From Schizochytrium sp. TIO01 (lineage: Eukaryota; Protista; Bigyra: Labyrinthulomycetes): a stretch of DNA of 64,000 nucleotides. A program made the translations under genes and the position numbers. The notes beneath the pieces were generated by a model that saw nothing but the letters and a program-made list of their open reading frames with translations, was not told the origin of the DNA and made no database searches. Positions 49,277 through 60,230 of this stretch are shown in pieces (position 1 is the first letter of the stretch; each line of letters starts with the position of its first letter). The DNA is taken from positions 2,480,001-2,544,000 of the forward strand of contig SMSO01000035.1 in NCBI GenBank assembly GCA_004764695.1. The letters run 5' to 3'.

Positions 49277-50266
49277 GACGAACCAAGGTTTTTGATGCCT
49301 CACATTCGAAATACCTGCGGACATTTTTTTTAAAAACTAAATTTAGTCGGCAAGGGTGCGTTTTATGACTTTCAAAAGCTTTGTCTTTGAGTTCACAACG
49401 CCTTTCACACAGATTCCCTGTAGCGCATGCATTGTGAATACAGAGCAAACCTTCCTCATTTTATTCATATCTCTAAATATATATCTAAATTTCTCTCTTT
49501 CTCGTTCAGTTTGTCTTGTATAACTTCCTTCATACCGTCTAAGCTTTCAAAATGGTTGTCTCAAATATTGTTACTGTGTATATGTCAAGTTTGGAAAGTG
49601 TATGATATAATTGAGATTGTATAGAGTCCCAATTTCGGAACTTCACAAGATTCGCGATACTTCAAGTATAAGTATCTAAATGCTTAAAATGATTAGTTGA
49701 AAAGTAAGAACCCTCGCTCAACTTTGCCGAGCATTTCGCGTGATTGAACCCACTTTTTTGTACTATAATGTACAAGCTAGCTGAGGAAGAGGAGTCCCAG
49801 TTCTCTTGCATCTCTTTCTAAATATAAACCTGTCCCACAACTATAAATGATGGGCATAATAATTGGTAGGTTGCTTTTCTACACCTTACAAAAAGAACAT
49901 ATTCTATGTTTGACTCTTTTTGAAGCTATCGCTCAGTGTCCTGGGAAGAGATCTAATGGAGTGCAAAATGGAAATTTGTATTTTAAACAATATATGCTTT
50001 TTGATATTAATCTAGGTACTACAGAGTCGAGAGAAAAGTTCAAGAAAGGTAGACTTGAATATTGCAAAGAAGGTTTAGCTAGCCATTAGTTTATTCATAA
50101 AAATTACAAAGGATATTCGGCTTGCAGAATCTTGTTTTAACTTGTCCGTTTGATTTGCTGTTTATTGCCTCAGGTAAGCAAAGTAAATTTATAATTGCAG
50201 CCCATACAAAGTAAAACTGCGAGGTCTAATGTGGAGAAAGGGAGAAGGGGATTTGTTCTTTCTTCA

Positions 50267-52600
50267 TCATGGCGATTTTGATGATGGAGGAGTCTTCAGG
50301 AAATCTGGTTTTGGAGGAAGTGGGGGTGTCAATGGTTCAGTTGGAGAAGACATTGATAGAGGTGAATCGTTATCAGGTGGGAGATCCAGAGGGGCAGGAG
50401 AGGGCAACGGAGATGTAATGGGCATAATGCTCTGTTGCAGTGCTTTAGTCGGGGACTGGTACGGTTGGGTTTGAAGAGTTTTCACGGTATCTTCTAAGTC
50501 ACCGTGGTCTTCATCTTCAGAGTGGCGAAAATTAAACGAAGCTTTGTAGTTCTTTACCTTCCAGGACTGGGGTGGGACAGCAGGACTGCCATTACTCTCA
50601 TCAGCTTGAGACACTCCAGAAGTTCCTTCTTCTGCGGTATTCCTCTCAGAAGGTTCAAGATAGTCATTGTTTCTATCACCCTGGTTCAACCTTCGAGCCA
50701 AATAGTCTTCCAATGCCTGGTAGTGAGGTCGTGCTTGAGACGGGGGTGTAGAAACGGTATCTAAGCGGAGGCTAGGTGGACGTGGCGGCAATGGAGGAAT
50801 ATCGCCTGATGTTGATGATCTGTGTCGTGGAATTGATTGCTGCGGACCTTGACTTGAAGTTCCCGAAACGTCAATTGCACGACGCACCCGAACATTTACC
50901 TCGTCTGCAACATAAATTAAAGAGTTCTTGACATCATCCGAAGACCTATCCATTTGCTCCGCCAAACGGTCGATGCTTGCGGTTCGTAATACAAGGCACT
51001 GTTCTGTGGCCATAGGGTGGCGTTGAAGGAAACGACGGTACTCAAGTGAAGCCGTAATACGTTGCAGCATAGTGCGAAAGATTCCTTCTAGAATCTCATC
51101 CATCGATCGCATACCAACTTCATCCAAACTCAATTCCAGATTCGATAATAGACTCGCTGAATTTTTCTTTTCGATCCATGGGTGTTTGAGTAATGCCGAC
51201 ACTGAGGGACGATCCTCAGGCTCAAATCGAAGGCCTTGCGCAAGGAAGTCTTGAAATTCCTCTGAAAATTGGCAGGTCGCCTCATACGGGGAAGGGTAAA
51301 GCCGAGGCGGCGGAAAAGATGCATGTGCAGGAAGACGGATGGGAGAGTATTTTGAAAAGGCTTTCAAAAGATCAGGTACAACTCGCTCGCGTGAACGGCC
51401 TGCACGTAATATATACCAGTAGGGGTGGTGACCTATGGCGACGGTTATCATAGACATCATGAATGACCAAACATCAGATGCACGAGTCATTGTGTGACCT
51501 TGGATTTGTTCAGGAGATGAGAAGGCCAGCATGGCAGACACGGGCCGGTTTAGCTCAAATGTGTAATCAGGGTTCCATACACAGATGTTAATTCCAAAGC
51601 CACCAAGCTTGACATCGCCTTCCGTGTTGAAGGTGATGTGCGATGGCTTCACCTCTCCATGAACCAAATTTAATCCATGTAAGAATTCGAGAGCCTTCAA
51701 AACAGCCTTAGCTATCAAGCGAAGTTGGTCTTCATCACAGATAGCACGAGGCCCAACAGTGAGGTCTGGACGACCTTTGAACTGGGCATCAACGTCTTCA
51801 AGCTCCTCGTCCTGACTTGGTACCCTTGAAGACGGTTGTTGTTGGCTTGGAGGAAACTCATTGTTGAAGCTATTTGTTTCATCATCAAGCATATTAGAAC
51901 TCGAATTCCACTGACCAGATGGTGGGAAAACATTGCCTGGTACGGCTGCTGATGACATCATATATATTGCAAGCTCTTCCTCAGTGTATGGTGGGTGATA
52001 ATCCGAATCCAGCACGTCCTGCAAACTCCCTCCTTCCATGTATTCACAAATCACGGATACATTTTGTGTTAGGGGATCAAAGTAGCAGCCATACATGTTA
52101 ACAAGCTGGGGGCAAACCTCCAGAACCCGTGTGGCAACGCGGGCTTCACTGACCGTCTCAGCACCTTCAGGGAAAACATTGGGCTTAAGAAGTTGACAGA
52201 TTTTTTGCCATTGCAGTGTCATATATTCTATTCCAGCATTGGCTACCGCCATGTCAGCAACACAAACATCTTTCACCGTGACAAGCGAAAAGGTTGGCAG
52301 ATGCAAGGCAGCATAGACAGACTTGTAGTTCTGAAGCCCAATATTTACATACAAGCGAGCATATTTGACAAATGACATCTTGTCCACATCAAAGTGATTT
52401 TTTTCATTAGTCTCAGATGTGCTGACCGGTGTTGAGGACGTTGAAGCCGGCATGACCACCATGGCGTCGCTTTTGCCAGAGTCAAAATGGCTGCCAAAAG
52501 ACCCCTGTTTGCCCCATAAAGCTGACTTTCCAGACACAGATGCCATCTTGGCGTCAGCATCATCTTCAAATTCCACTGTGAGCTTCGTGTTATTATTATA
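50267..52600 (-). CDS. MAP2K/STE7-like pseudokinase with Pro-rich tail; probably the C-terminal part of the upstream receptor kinase
   Basis: YGCYF..VSVICEYMEGGSL, LEFLHGLNLVHGEVKPSH, VKLGGFG, FSSPEQI, SDVWS, LLKHPW. HRD is HGE and DFG is GFG. The frame opens just upstream of the T5 run at 52600-52604. Confidence 0.8.
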   Translation of the reverse strand, partial: YNNNTKLTVEFEDDADAKMASVSGKSALWGKQGSFGSHFDSGKSDAMVVMPASTSSTPVSTSETNEKNHFDVDKMSFVKYARLYVNIGLQNYKSVYAALHLPTFSLVTVKDVCVADMAVANAGIEYMTLQWQKICQLLKPNVFPEGAETVSEARVATRVLEVCPQLVNMYGCYFDPLTQNVSVICEYMEGGSLQDVLDSDYHPPYTEEELAIYMMSSAAVPGNVFPPSGQWNSSSNMLDDETNSFNNEFPPSQQQPSSRVPSQDEELEDVDAQFKGRPDLTVGPRAICDEDQLRLIAKAVLKALEFLHGLNLVHGEVKPSHITFNTEGDVKLGGFGINICVWNPDYTFELNRPVSAMLAFSSPEQIQGHTMTRASDVWSFMMSMITVAIGHHPYWYILRAGRSRERVVPDLLKAFSKYSPIRLPAHASFPPPRLYPSPYEATCQFSEEFQDFLAQGLRFEPEDRPSVSALLKHPWIEKKNSASLLSNLELSLDEVGMRSMDEILEGIFRTMLQRITASLEYRRFLQRHPMATEQCLVLRTASIDRLAEQMDRSSDDVKNSLIYVADEVNVRVRRAIDVSGTSSQGPQQSIPRHRSSTSGDIPPLPPRPPSLRLDTVSTPPSQARPHYQALEDYLARRLNQGDRNNDYLEPSERNTAEEGTSGVSQADESNGSPAVPPQSWKVKNYKASFNFRHSEDEDHGDLEDTVKTLQTQPYQSPTKALQQSIMPITSPLPSPAPLDLPPDNDSPLSMSSPTEPLTPPLPPKPDFLKTPPSSKSP

Positions 52601-55600
52601 AAAACCGCGTTGCCTGTGTCATGAGTCATATTTCTTGCGACGGTTGCCATCATAAAGTAGTCTTCCTTATTGAGACCTAACACAAGTCGCAAATGCATGG
52701 CAGCAAGTTTTGCCAAGCTCTGAAATACAGAGCCCTCCTCAACATGCTCGTTTTTATCAATAATCCGCAACGAGGACTCAGGAACATCGCGCCGCTCTAG
52801 CATCCATTCTGAAACACCCTCAGTCTCAAAACTCTCCCTCCCAAGAGGCCCGTTAGGCCGCGATGGCGATGTAAGCGCTTGAAGAGAAGATGAAGCAGCG
52901 GAAGCATCCGGATTCATATCGGGGTTACGGTCTTCCACGGCCACTCCCCCCTGTTCCGATTCTGCGAAATCAATGAAGATCTGCTGACTAGTACGTTCAC
53001 CTTGGAAAAATTCGTGGGCATCAAGAAGAATATGAAATCTCATCAAACAATCAGTTGCGACAACCTTGGCCAATATTGGATCAGCATATTTCTCCTTGAT
53101 TTCACAAGGGATGTAACGTCGCTGAGAGTGTTCCCATGCAAGAGCATGTGAATGGACCTGAAGCATATTAATGTTTTCATTGGAAGAGAAACGGGACCTT
53201 CGTGACGGTGATTCCTGTTTGTTTTCGCCAACCATCGAATTAAATTCCTTCACCAGAGAATGCAAGGATGGACGCAGATACGCCTCGCCTCGCCAACACT
53301 CTCGGATAACTGTGGCAATAGGTTCTGGAACATCTTCACGGATCAAAGGACGGTAACCACTGATCATAACCTCGTGGAAAAGTTTTGCAACACTCCAGTG
53401 TGTTGGGTGTGGAGATTCCTGTGGATGGAATACTTGCCAAAGCACCATACCGAAAGCATACACGTCGACACTGGTTCCGACTTGGTCCATGACACCGCGT
53501 AAAAGTTCCGGGGCCATATAAGGCGGTGTGCCACCCATTGTAGAGAGGGTCATATTCAAGGTCTTGTTTGGGCCAGTGTACAATTTCGCAATGCCCAAGT
53601 CACAAATTTTAGCATGACCACTATTGCTGATGAGAATGTTCTCCGGTTTTATGTCAAAATGAATCATGTTGCTGTCGTGAATATATGCCAAACCAGAGGC
53701 TATCTCTCTCATGAAAACGATCTTATGCATGACATCGAAAGATTCCAATGTGAATGGCAGAAAACCATCAACCACATCATCATTGAGAAGATCACGGAGA
53801 CTGCAGCAAGCGAGTTCCATAATCACGAAGAAGCGCCACTGCTCGGAGTCAGCACTACGCCTTTGAGAACAACCGTAAAGCTGGATTACGTTCGGATGGC
53901 GAAGTAGGCGGAGGTTACGCACTTCGCGCCAAATCTGATCATGCGGATCAAGAACGGGCTCTCCCAAGTCTGGGTGGCCAAACCCTCCACGAGTCATTTC
54001 ATGAGTCCACTCGAAAACTTCTGGAAAAACTTCTTTGATAGCCACTTCAGAGCCACAATATACTCCCTTCATGATGCGACCATTAGCACCGTGTCCAATA
54101 GTGGGCCCAATCTCAAGTTTGCTGTCGTCAATATCAAGATCTTTCAGCATTGCTTGAACATCATGTTTGTCATAGGCAGGGCTTTCTTTGCTTGAAGAGC
54201 GAAGAATGAGCTCATGGCCAGACTCGGAGAAGGAGTTACCGCGTCCACCTCGAAGTATTCTGCGTCTGCGTCTGATTAAAAGAATAGTAAGTGCTATGAA
54301 GCCAATGCCAACTCCGCCGCCGATCACGCCACCAACGATGGAGGGAGTGGAATTTCCATTTTCTGCGCTACTAGCAGCGTCTTCAGCTTCAAGTTCTGCC
54401 AAGGTGAGCATGTTAGGACATTCTCCAATTGTCCAAGCTAACATTGCAAGCTTTGATGCTGACAATGAGCCGATGTAGTCCGTATAGATCACCTCCGTTG
54501 TGGAAGTTGCACTAATGTCAGGAGCGTCATCAATATTATCAGCCGAAAAGTTCCACAACCCGGTATAATAGGTGTAGAAGAGATCTAAAGCTGTATTGGC
54601 AACTGGAGACCTGCCTGCGAAAAAGTCAGCAAGCACAATCTGCATTGTGTAGTCATATGCTTGAACAGTAGGAGTCTCAACTGGCGAAGTTGTAGGTTCA
54701 ATCGTAAAGGAAACTGAGGGGGAAGGCACCGCTGTAGTTCCTGACTGTGACGATGGCACTGCTGTGGGGCTGAAGCTGAGCTCACTAATGATACTTGGGC
54801 TTGCCGTGAAATTACCTGTAAAGTTGGAGTCTTGGGCGTTTGGATCCAGAGCAGTTGGTGCAGAAGTCTCTCCAGGCGCAAGCGATGGTGCAATAGTCGG
54901 TAGAAAGGTTGTTGCGGGACTCAGGGTTGGTGAATAGGTTTCGGTTGTTGTTGGTGCACTTGTGTCAGTTGGTGCGAGTGTTGTAGGGAGCAATGTGGGA
55001 GATAAGCTAGGGCGATCCGTTGGGAATTTAGTAGGAGACGTAGTTGGGGACGATGTGAACTCGTTGCGGTTGAAGTCGCGAATGCCAACAGTGACAGGGC
55101 ATTGTACTGATGTTCCATTGGTTGGCAAATTTTCCACGCACTTGTAGCTGAAGCTAACTTCAGGCATGAAATCTACAATGGCATCATCGTCATCTAAGGC
55201 TGCCCCAATGTCGTATGATTCGTCTGTACCAAGCTGGAGCTTGAGAAGATGAGCGAAAAAACAACGAATCATAATTTCAAAGGGGACGTTGTTGTATTCG
55301 GACACAAGAGAGCTCCGCATGTATGCCGAAAATTGCCGCGAGACATAGTCAGATGATAAAGCAGAGACCCTTTGTGAACTGTATGTAGAAGTCGGTGAAA
55401 CAGAATTGCTCCTAGTCGTGTGTCGAAGTGCACCTACTCGGGTACTACTCACAGGTGAGTTTGTTGTATTTGTAGCATTACTTTCAGAGGTCGGGGTTGA
55501 GGTGGTCGGTAAGGATGAATCCCCCGTTGACATTACGGTCGGGGAAAGGGTTACATAAAGTTCACTAGGCGATGCCGAAGGGCCCATCGATGAAGAGTCA

Positions 55601-57003
55601 TCCGCTGGGGCGAGTGAGGGGGAATATGTAGGCGCGAGGGAAGGTGAGAGGGTTGGTAATGAAGACGGGGCCTGTGTTGGAGATGGAGTTGGCTCTGAGG
55701 TCATCGCTGGGGTAATTAAGAAGGTGACGCCGTTCGTAAAGTCCACTTTGAGGTCACTGACGACTAGTCCAGGGAAAGTGCGCGGTGTAGGAGCCTGGGT
55801 TGGGGTGCTTGTGGGAGACACTGTTGCTGGCGTGGGCGAGAGTGTGGGTAAGGATGTAGTTGGGCTATATGTGGGTATGTTTATAGTAGGTGCAGGTGAT
55901 GGTGCAGGCGTAGGTAATTCAATAGGAACAGATTTACATGAGCATCGACCTACAGCTACAGATACATTTCCTGGAGTTGGAATGGTCCGGCCACTACCTG
56001 CGATAAAGCAAAATCCATTATCAAATTCAGTAAAGGTCAGCACTGTGCCGTTTTCGAAATCATAGGTCACAGGTGAACGAAAGCACACATCTCGAGCGAT
56101 TGTAAGACCTAGTGAAGCAGGATCAATGCTGGTGTCACAGCTTCCGGACCCATTGACCCAGGTACCGCCACCGTAGTCAGTGACATTTTCATTATTGGCT
56201 TCAAAAAACAGACGGTATAACTCTTGCCGAGAGTCATCTGCACTAAGTACAAGGGAGGTACAATCTGTTGTTGGAGCTACTGTTGGATAGCGTGTCGGGC
56301 TCACTGTCGGTGTCAAAGTCGGTCGTGGGGTTGTGGGGAAAGGGGTTGGTGCTGGTGTAGGCGGAGTCGGGGCAGAAGTCGGGCTGGGTGTTGGTGATTC
56401 GGTTGGTCCTATAGTTGGGAATGCAGTTGGTGCCTCAGAGGGTCCTATAGTTGGGAATGCAGTTGGTGCTTCAGAGGGTCCTACAGTTGGAAATGATGTT
56501 GGCAATTGTGAGGGTGCCACTGATGGAAATAATGTTGGTAGCTGGGTGGGTGCCAGCGTTGGCGCTATGGTCGGCTCTGTTGGTTGTTCAACAGGAGACA
56601 CTGTTGGAACAAGCGAGGGTGCACTTGAAGGAGCTGTCGTTTGCGCAAAGGTCCTTAATGGGTTAACCAGACAGCAAAGAATTAGAACTAACATGACATT
56701 GTGGGTCCAGGGAAACATATACTTTGTTCTGCAGCGTAAATTCCGCGTTTTTGTTCTAGCCTTTGTTGATATCTTTCGTTTCATCTGAACTAAACTTGCA
56801 TGTGCAAATCTCAATTTCAATGGTGGTATGTCTATTTGTGTCTCATTACATCCTTGTGCCCATCGTTTCTGTGGCTTTTGGACTTGTGGGTCCAAAAAAA
56901 ATGATCGTTTGATAATCGTAAGTTGCTGATGTTCCGGCAATATGCGTTTGCCGAATACAGCGTCTGCTGTCCCGAGCATATGCATGTGCGTGTCTGAAGA
57001 CAT
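52345..57003 (-). CDS. Receptor-like kinase: signal-like segment, Pro/Thr (PT) mucin-like ectodomain with Cys-containing islands, single TM, TKL-type non-RD kinase
   Basis: MLVLILCCLVNPLRTFA (ATG at 56694 or 56718 may be the real start). TxAP/PTxSP repeats. TM IVGGVIGGGVGIGFIALTILLI followed by RRRRR. IGHGANG, VAIKE, IHFDIKPEN, DLG, GTPPYMAPE, DVYAFG. Confidence 0.88.
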   Translation of the reverse strand: MSSDTHMHMLGTADAVFGKRILPEHQQLTIIKRSFFLDPQVQKPQKRWAQGCNETQIDIPPLKLRFAHASLVQMKRKISTKARTKTRNLRCRTKYMFPWTHNVMLVLILCCLVNPLRTFAQTTAPSSAPSLVPTVSPVEQPTEPTIAPTLAPTQLPTLFPSVAPSQLPTSFPTVGPSEAPTAFPTIGPSEAPTAFPTIGPTESPTPSPTSAPTPPTPAPTPFPTTPRPTLTPTVSPTRYPTVAPTTDCTSLVLSADDSRQELYRLFFEANNENVTDYGGGTWVNGSGSCDTSIDPASLGLTIARDVCFRSPVTYDFENGTVLTFTEFDNGFCFIAGSGRTIPTPGNVSVAVGRCSCKSVPIELPTPAPSPAPTINIPTYSPTTSLPTLSPTPATVSPTSTPTQAPTPRTFPGLVVSDLKVDFTNGVTFLITPAMTSEPTPSPTQAPSSLPTLSPSLAPTYSPSLAPADDSSSMGPSASPSELYVTLSPTVMSTGDSSLPTTSTPTSESNATNTTNSPVSSTRVGALRHTTRSNSVSPTSTYSSQRVSALSSDYVSRQFSAYMRSSLVSEYNNVPFEIMIRCFFAHLLKLQLGTDESYDIGAALDDDDAIVDFMPEVSFSYKCVENLPTNGTSVQCPVTVGIRDFNRNEFTSSPTTSPTKFPTDRPSLSPTLLPTTLAPTDTSAPTTTETYSPTLSPATTFLPTIAPSLAPGETSAPTALDPNAQDSNFTGNFTASPSIISELSFSPTAVPSSQSGTTAVPSPSVSFTIEPTTSPVETPTVQAYDYTMQIVLADFFAGRSPVANTALDLFYTYYTGLWNFSADNIDDAPDISATSTTEVIYTDYIGSLSASKLAMLAWTIGECPNMLTLAELEAEDAASSAENGNSTPSIVGGVIGGGVGIGFIALTILLIRRRRRILRGGRGNSFSESGHELILRSSSKESPAYDKHDVQAMLKDLDIDDSKLEIGPTIGHGANGRIMKGVYCGSEVAIKEVFPEVFEWTHEMTRGGFGHPDLGEPVLDPHDQIWREVRNLRLLRHPNVIQLYGCSQRRSADSEQWRFFVIMELACCSLRDLLNDDVVDGFLPFTLESFDVMHKIVFMREIASGLAYIHDSNMIHFDIKPENILISNSGHAKICDLGIAKLYTGPNKTLNMTLSTMGGTPPYMAPELLRGVMDQVGTSVDVYAFGMVLWQVFHPQESPHPTHWSVAKLFHEVMISGYRPLIREDVPEPIATVIRECWRGEAYLRPSLHSLVKEFNSMVGENKQESPSRRSRFSSNENINMLQVHSHALAWEHSQRRYIPCEIKEKYADPILAKVVATDCLMRFHILLDAHEFFQGERTSQQIFIDFAESEQGGVAVEDRNPDMNPDASAASSSLQALTSPSRPNGPLGRESFETEGVSEWMLERRDVPESSLRIIDKNEHVEEGSVFQSLAKLAAMHLRLVLGLNKEDYFMMATVARNMTHDTGNAVFIIITRSSQWNLKMMLTPRWHLCLESQLYGANRGLLAAILTLAKATPWWSCRLQRPQHRSAHLRLMKKITLMWTRCHLSNMLACM

Positions 57004-58927
57004 GATATTTTACTTTATTCCGCTCCCTGTGTGATTGTTGTTACAAGATCTTTCTGCAATTGTCCAGAAATCAATCTAGCCCCAAGACACTATAGAGCTA
57101 GTCCCTTATAAGGTTTTATATTTCCAGCGGAACTTCAACCTACAAACGTTAGACGATATGGCAAGCTAGCAGCGCTCAATAGAGCAATTCAAATATATAT
57201 GCAGTCTAATTCAAGAGTTGATGATTTACCTGCAATGATAAATCTCTAATCTCATACAAACCAGGATAACAGCCGTCCCGACACCAATTCAACGTATATG
57301 ACTAGCAAGAAAAGCCAGAATCCAAGCCCTCAAATATGCCACTGTTCACGACCACTTTCGACCAAACAGCAGAGAAGAGAAGGAAAACGAAGGTGAGGAG
57401 ATTCCTCGTTGCTTTTCTTGTCTCTCCAATTCGCTCCTTTCTATAATTGAGGCTTTTCTTTTCTTTTAAACTACGCTACTCCTACCGTCTCTACAACGCA
57501 ATGAGCGGCTCCGTCAGTGATCTCTGCAGTTTTGTCGCTGGTCCTACAGGGTCTTGCGTCTGATCGGTGCTGTATATATTGTCCCAATTGATCTTCGCTG
57601 CCTTGTCTCCGCGACGACTGTCGATGTAAGCAGGTGGATCGACAAATCGGTCGATGGTCACCGAATGGCGTTCGGGATAGAAATGCTAGGCTCCAGACTT
57701 TTACCCAGCCTTGCCTCGCCGCAGAGCGAGTCCACAGTGTAGCGGGGCTCCACGCCTGTGTCGCTACCGCGCGCTGCCGCGCCTGCGGGCCTGGCGACGG
57801 ACTCGTGGCGAGCTTTGCCTCTGTCGGTGTGCTTTGCCGCGAGGGACCAGGCAAGGGCCGCCTCTCCTTTAAGGTGGATTTCCACTTCGCACCTTGTGCT
57901 TATTTACCCTTTGTTAAGGGCCAATGAGGGGAGCACGTGTCCACCTTAAGGTCGCACAAGACTGCGGGTCCTGGGCTCCAAATTCGATGCGGCGAGCTCC
58001 GTTTCGCTCTGTTTTGGCCTGAGGCGCTTCCTGGCCAGGTGTGGAGGGAGTTTGGAGTCGTCTGTGGCTCCACGCCTCGAATTCCATGTGAATCTCGCTG
58101 CCCGTCCGCTCACTTGTGCATTCCGCTCGGAAACTCAGATCGACCGCTAATCATTTGAAGTTTTCGTTTCGTTTCGTTTCGAATTTGAACTTTGTTTGTT
58201 TGTTTCTCTTTCCAATTTCCTTTTACAAGTATTTTTAAAAGTTAGTTAGTTTCCTTTATTTGCATGATAACCATAGAAGGAGGAAAATGATGTTTGTTTG
58301 GAAAGTTGATTTGAAAAGAACCTGAACGTATTATAACACATCCACTCCTACTGACGCTTACGTGCTTGCCTAGCATTGACTATTTCTTTCTCCGAATAAT
58401 GCACAATACAGAGCACTATGTACTGCTATTAGCGCTACGCGTATTTTAATAATTAAATACGCGTCTAAAACTCGTTACTAAACTGGTCGATTAATGCAGG
58501 GTGGGTATTAATGAGGTTCAAGGTTCCCGTTTGATCGTGCGTAATTCGCGAGAGTCCTGGATCTGGGATAATCTGCATTGGCATAATCTAAATTGAGCAG
58601 GACGTCACGTTTGGCACACGTCTTTTGTCAATACTATTTGCCACCGACCTGGGCACAAGTTTGCAGCGCCAAGACCTCGGGAGATCGGCCTCCTCCTGCT
58701 CCTGTTCTTTTCAAGTTCCTACCCTACTCAATATAGGCGAACTGTTCTATTTTGTTCTATCCGCACCCGGTTCCCTCTCTCAGCTTTTAGGACAGCCACA
58801 GCGGCGTACGAAATTCGAGACCTTTATATTTTGGCTTAACTGCTTAGTAGCCACTATGATTACCGTGGAATAAAAATACGGCACGGATTAAGGGAGATAC
58901 TACATCGTTTGTTTGTGGAAGCACTCT

Positions 58928-58934
58928 TTGATTG

Positions 58935-59029
<95 letters not shown>
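58928..59029. repeat. (GATT)n microsatellite
   Basis: About 23 perfect units. Confidence 0.95.
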
Positions 59030-60230
59030 CTTGTGGATATTCATGTGGTGTAAACTTCGAGAAAGGTTATAGCTGAATGCAAAACACCCAAACGTGATAC
59101 CACGTACCTAGCTAGTGGGTAGACACTACTTGTTACGAGCCAATGCGGTTTGCATCGTTCAACTCAACCGCATTTCCAAGTTTCATGCATTGCATCATCT
59201 GAAAACTTCAAGTCGATGATCATCTTGGCCGTTCCGTTCTATTAGCGCTGTTCCACTCTCTTATTGCTTTGGTTTTGTACTGTGATTTATTTCCGTGAAA
59301 TTCTCTCGTAAAATGAGCTCAGGCAGGCGCTCAAGCACAGTCAGTCAGACAGAAGCCAACGCTTGCAAATGCCCCGCGCTACTTTATAGACAGCCTGGAC
59401 ATGGCAGTGGCGGAGCCGTTCTCGTAGGTGCTGTGGTCTGACTCCACTTCATATTGTGTTGGCCAAGGCTTGGTTGGTTTAGAAGCACTGGGGAGGGGAT
59501 GGGGATGCCCCATTGAGTTTTCAAGTTCGCCGTTCGTGTGCGCTTTTGTAATAACCACCACCATTGCTTTCTAGCAACCTGAGGCAGCCCAATGCTGCGA
59601 AGAATAAGGCGCATGCGTGGCTCCGGGCTGGCCAAGGACTCCAAAAAACGTATACAACTCTTACGCACTGACACCCTAGCAGCAGAACTCTGCAGCAAGA
59701 GCAATCCTTGCCCAAGAATTCATGTGACACTACATTAAAAAAATACTATCTCATATGTTGCCGTGGTTGTAAGACATCCACGTTTTGCAGTTTGCATGTG
59801 CAATTGCATTCTATCGGAGGCAGACCTAGTGCTCGTTCCAAGTGCCATTGATATCGCCGCAAAGTCTTGCCTGTGGTCAACCGGAAATAGCGAGTCTCTA
59901 TGCCAAAGATGTCAAAGGAGTAGCGGGGGGCAACTTAAGACTTTCTATCTCCTATTAGGACTGCACATTGCAATTTACATATTTATATACCTCTGTACCT
60001 CTATATAATTATTTTATTCATTCTTTCATTATCTGTGTACCTAACTAGTGTTTACTATGAAAGCAGTACAAATCAATCACTGCCAAAGCCAACAAAAGGG
60101 AGCCATCTTATTGGCAAGCGTGAAACTCCAAGACCTCGATCAGTCCCTCAACTGCTCATTCACTGTCTTGTTCGTTCTGTGCAAGTTTGTGCTTGCAGGT
60201 TGTCGAGGCTAGATACCACACTTGGACACG

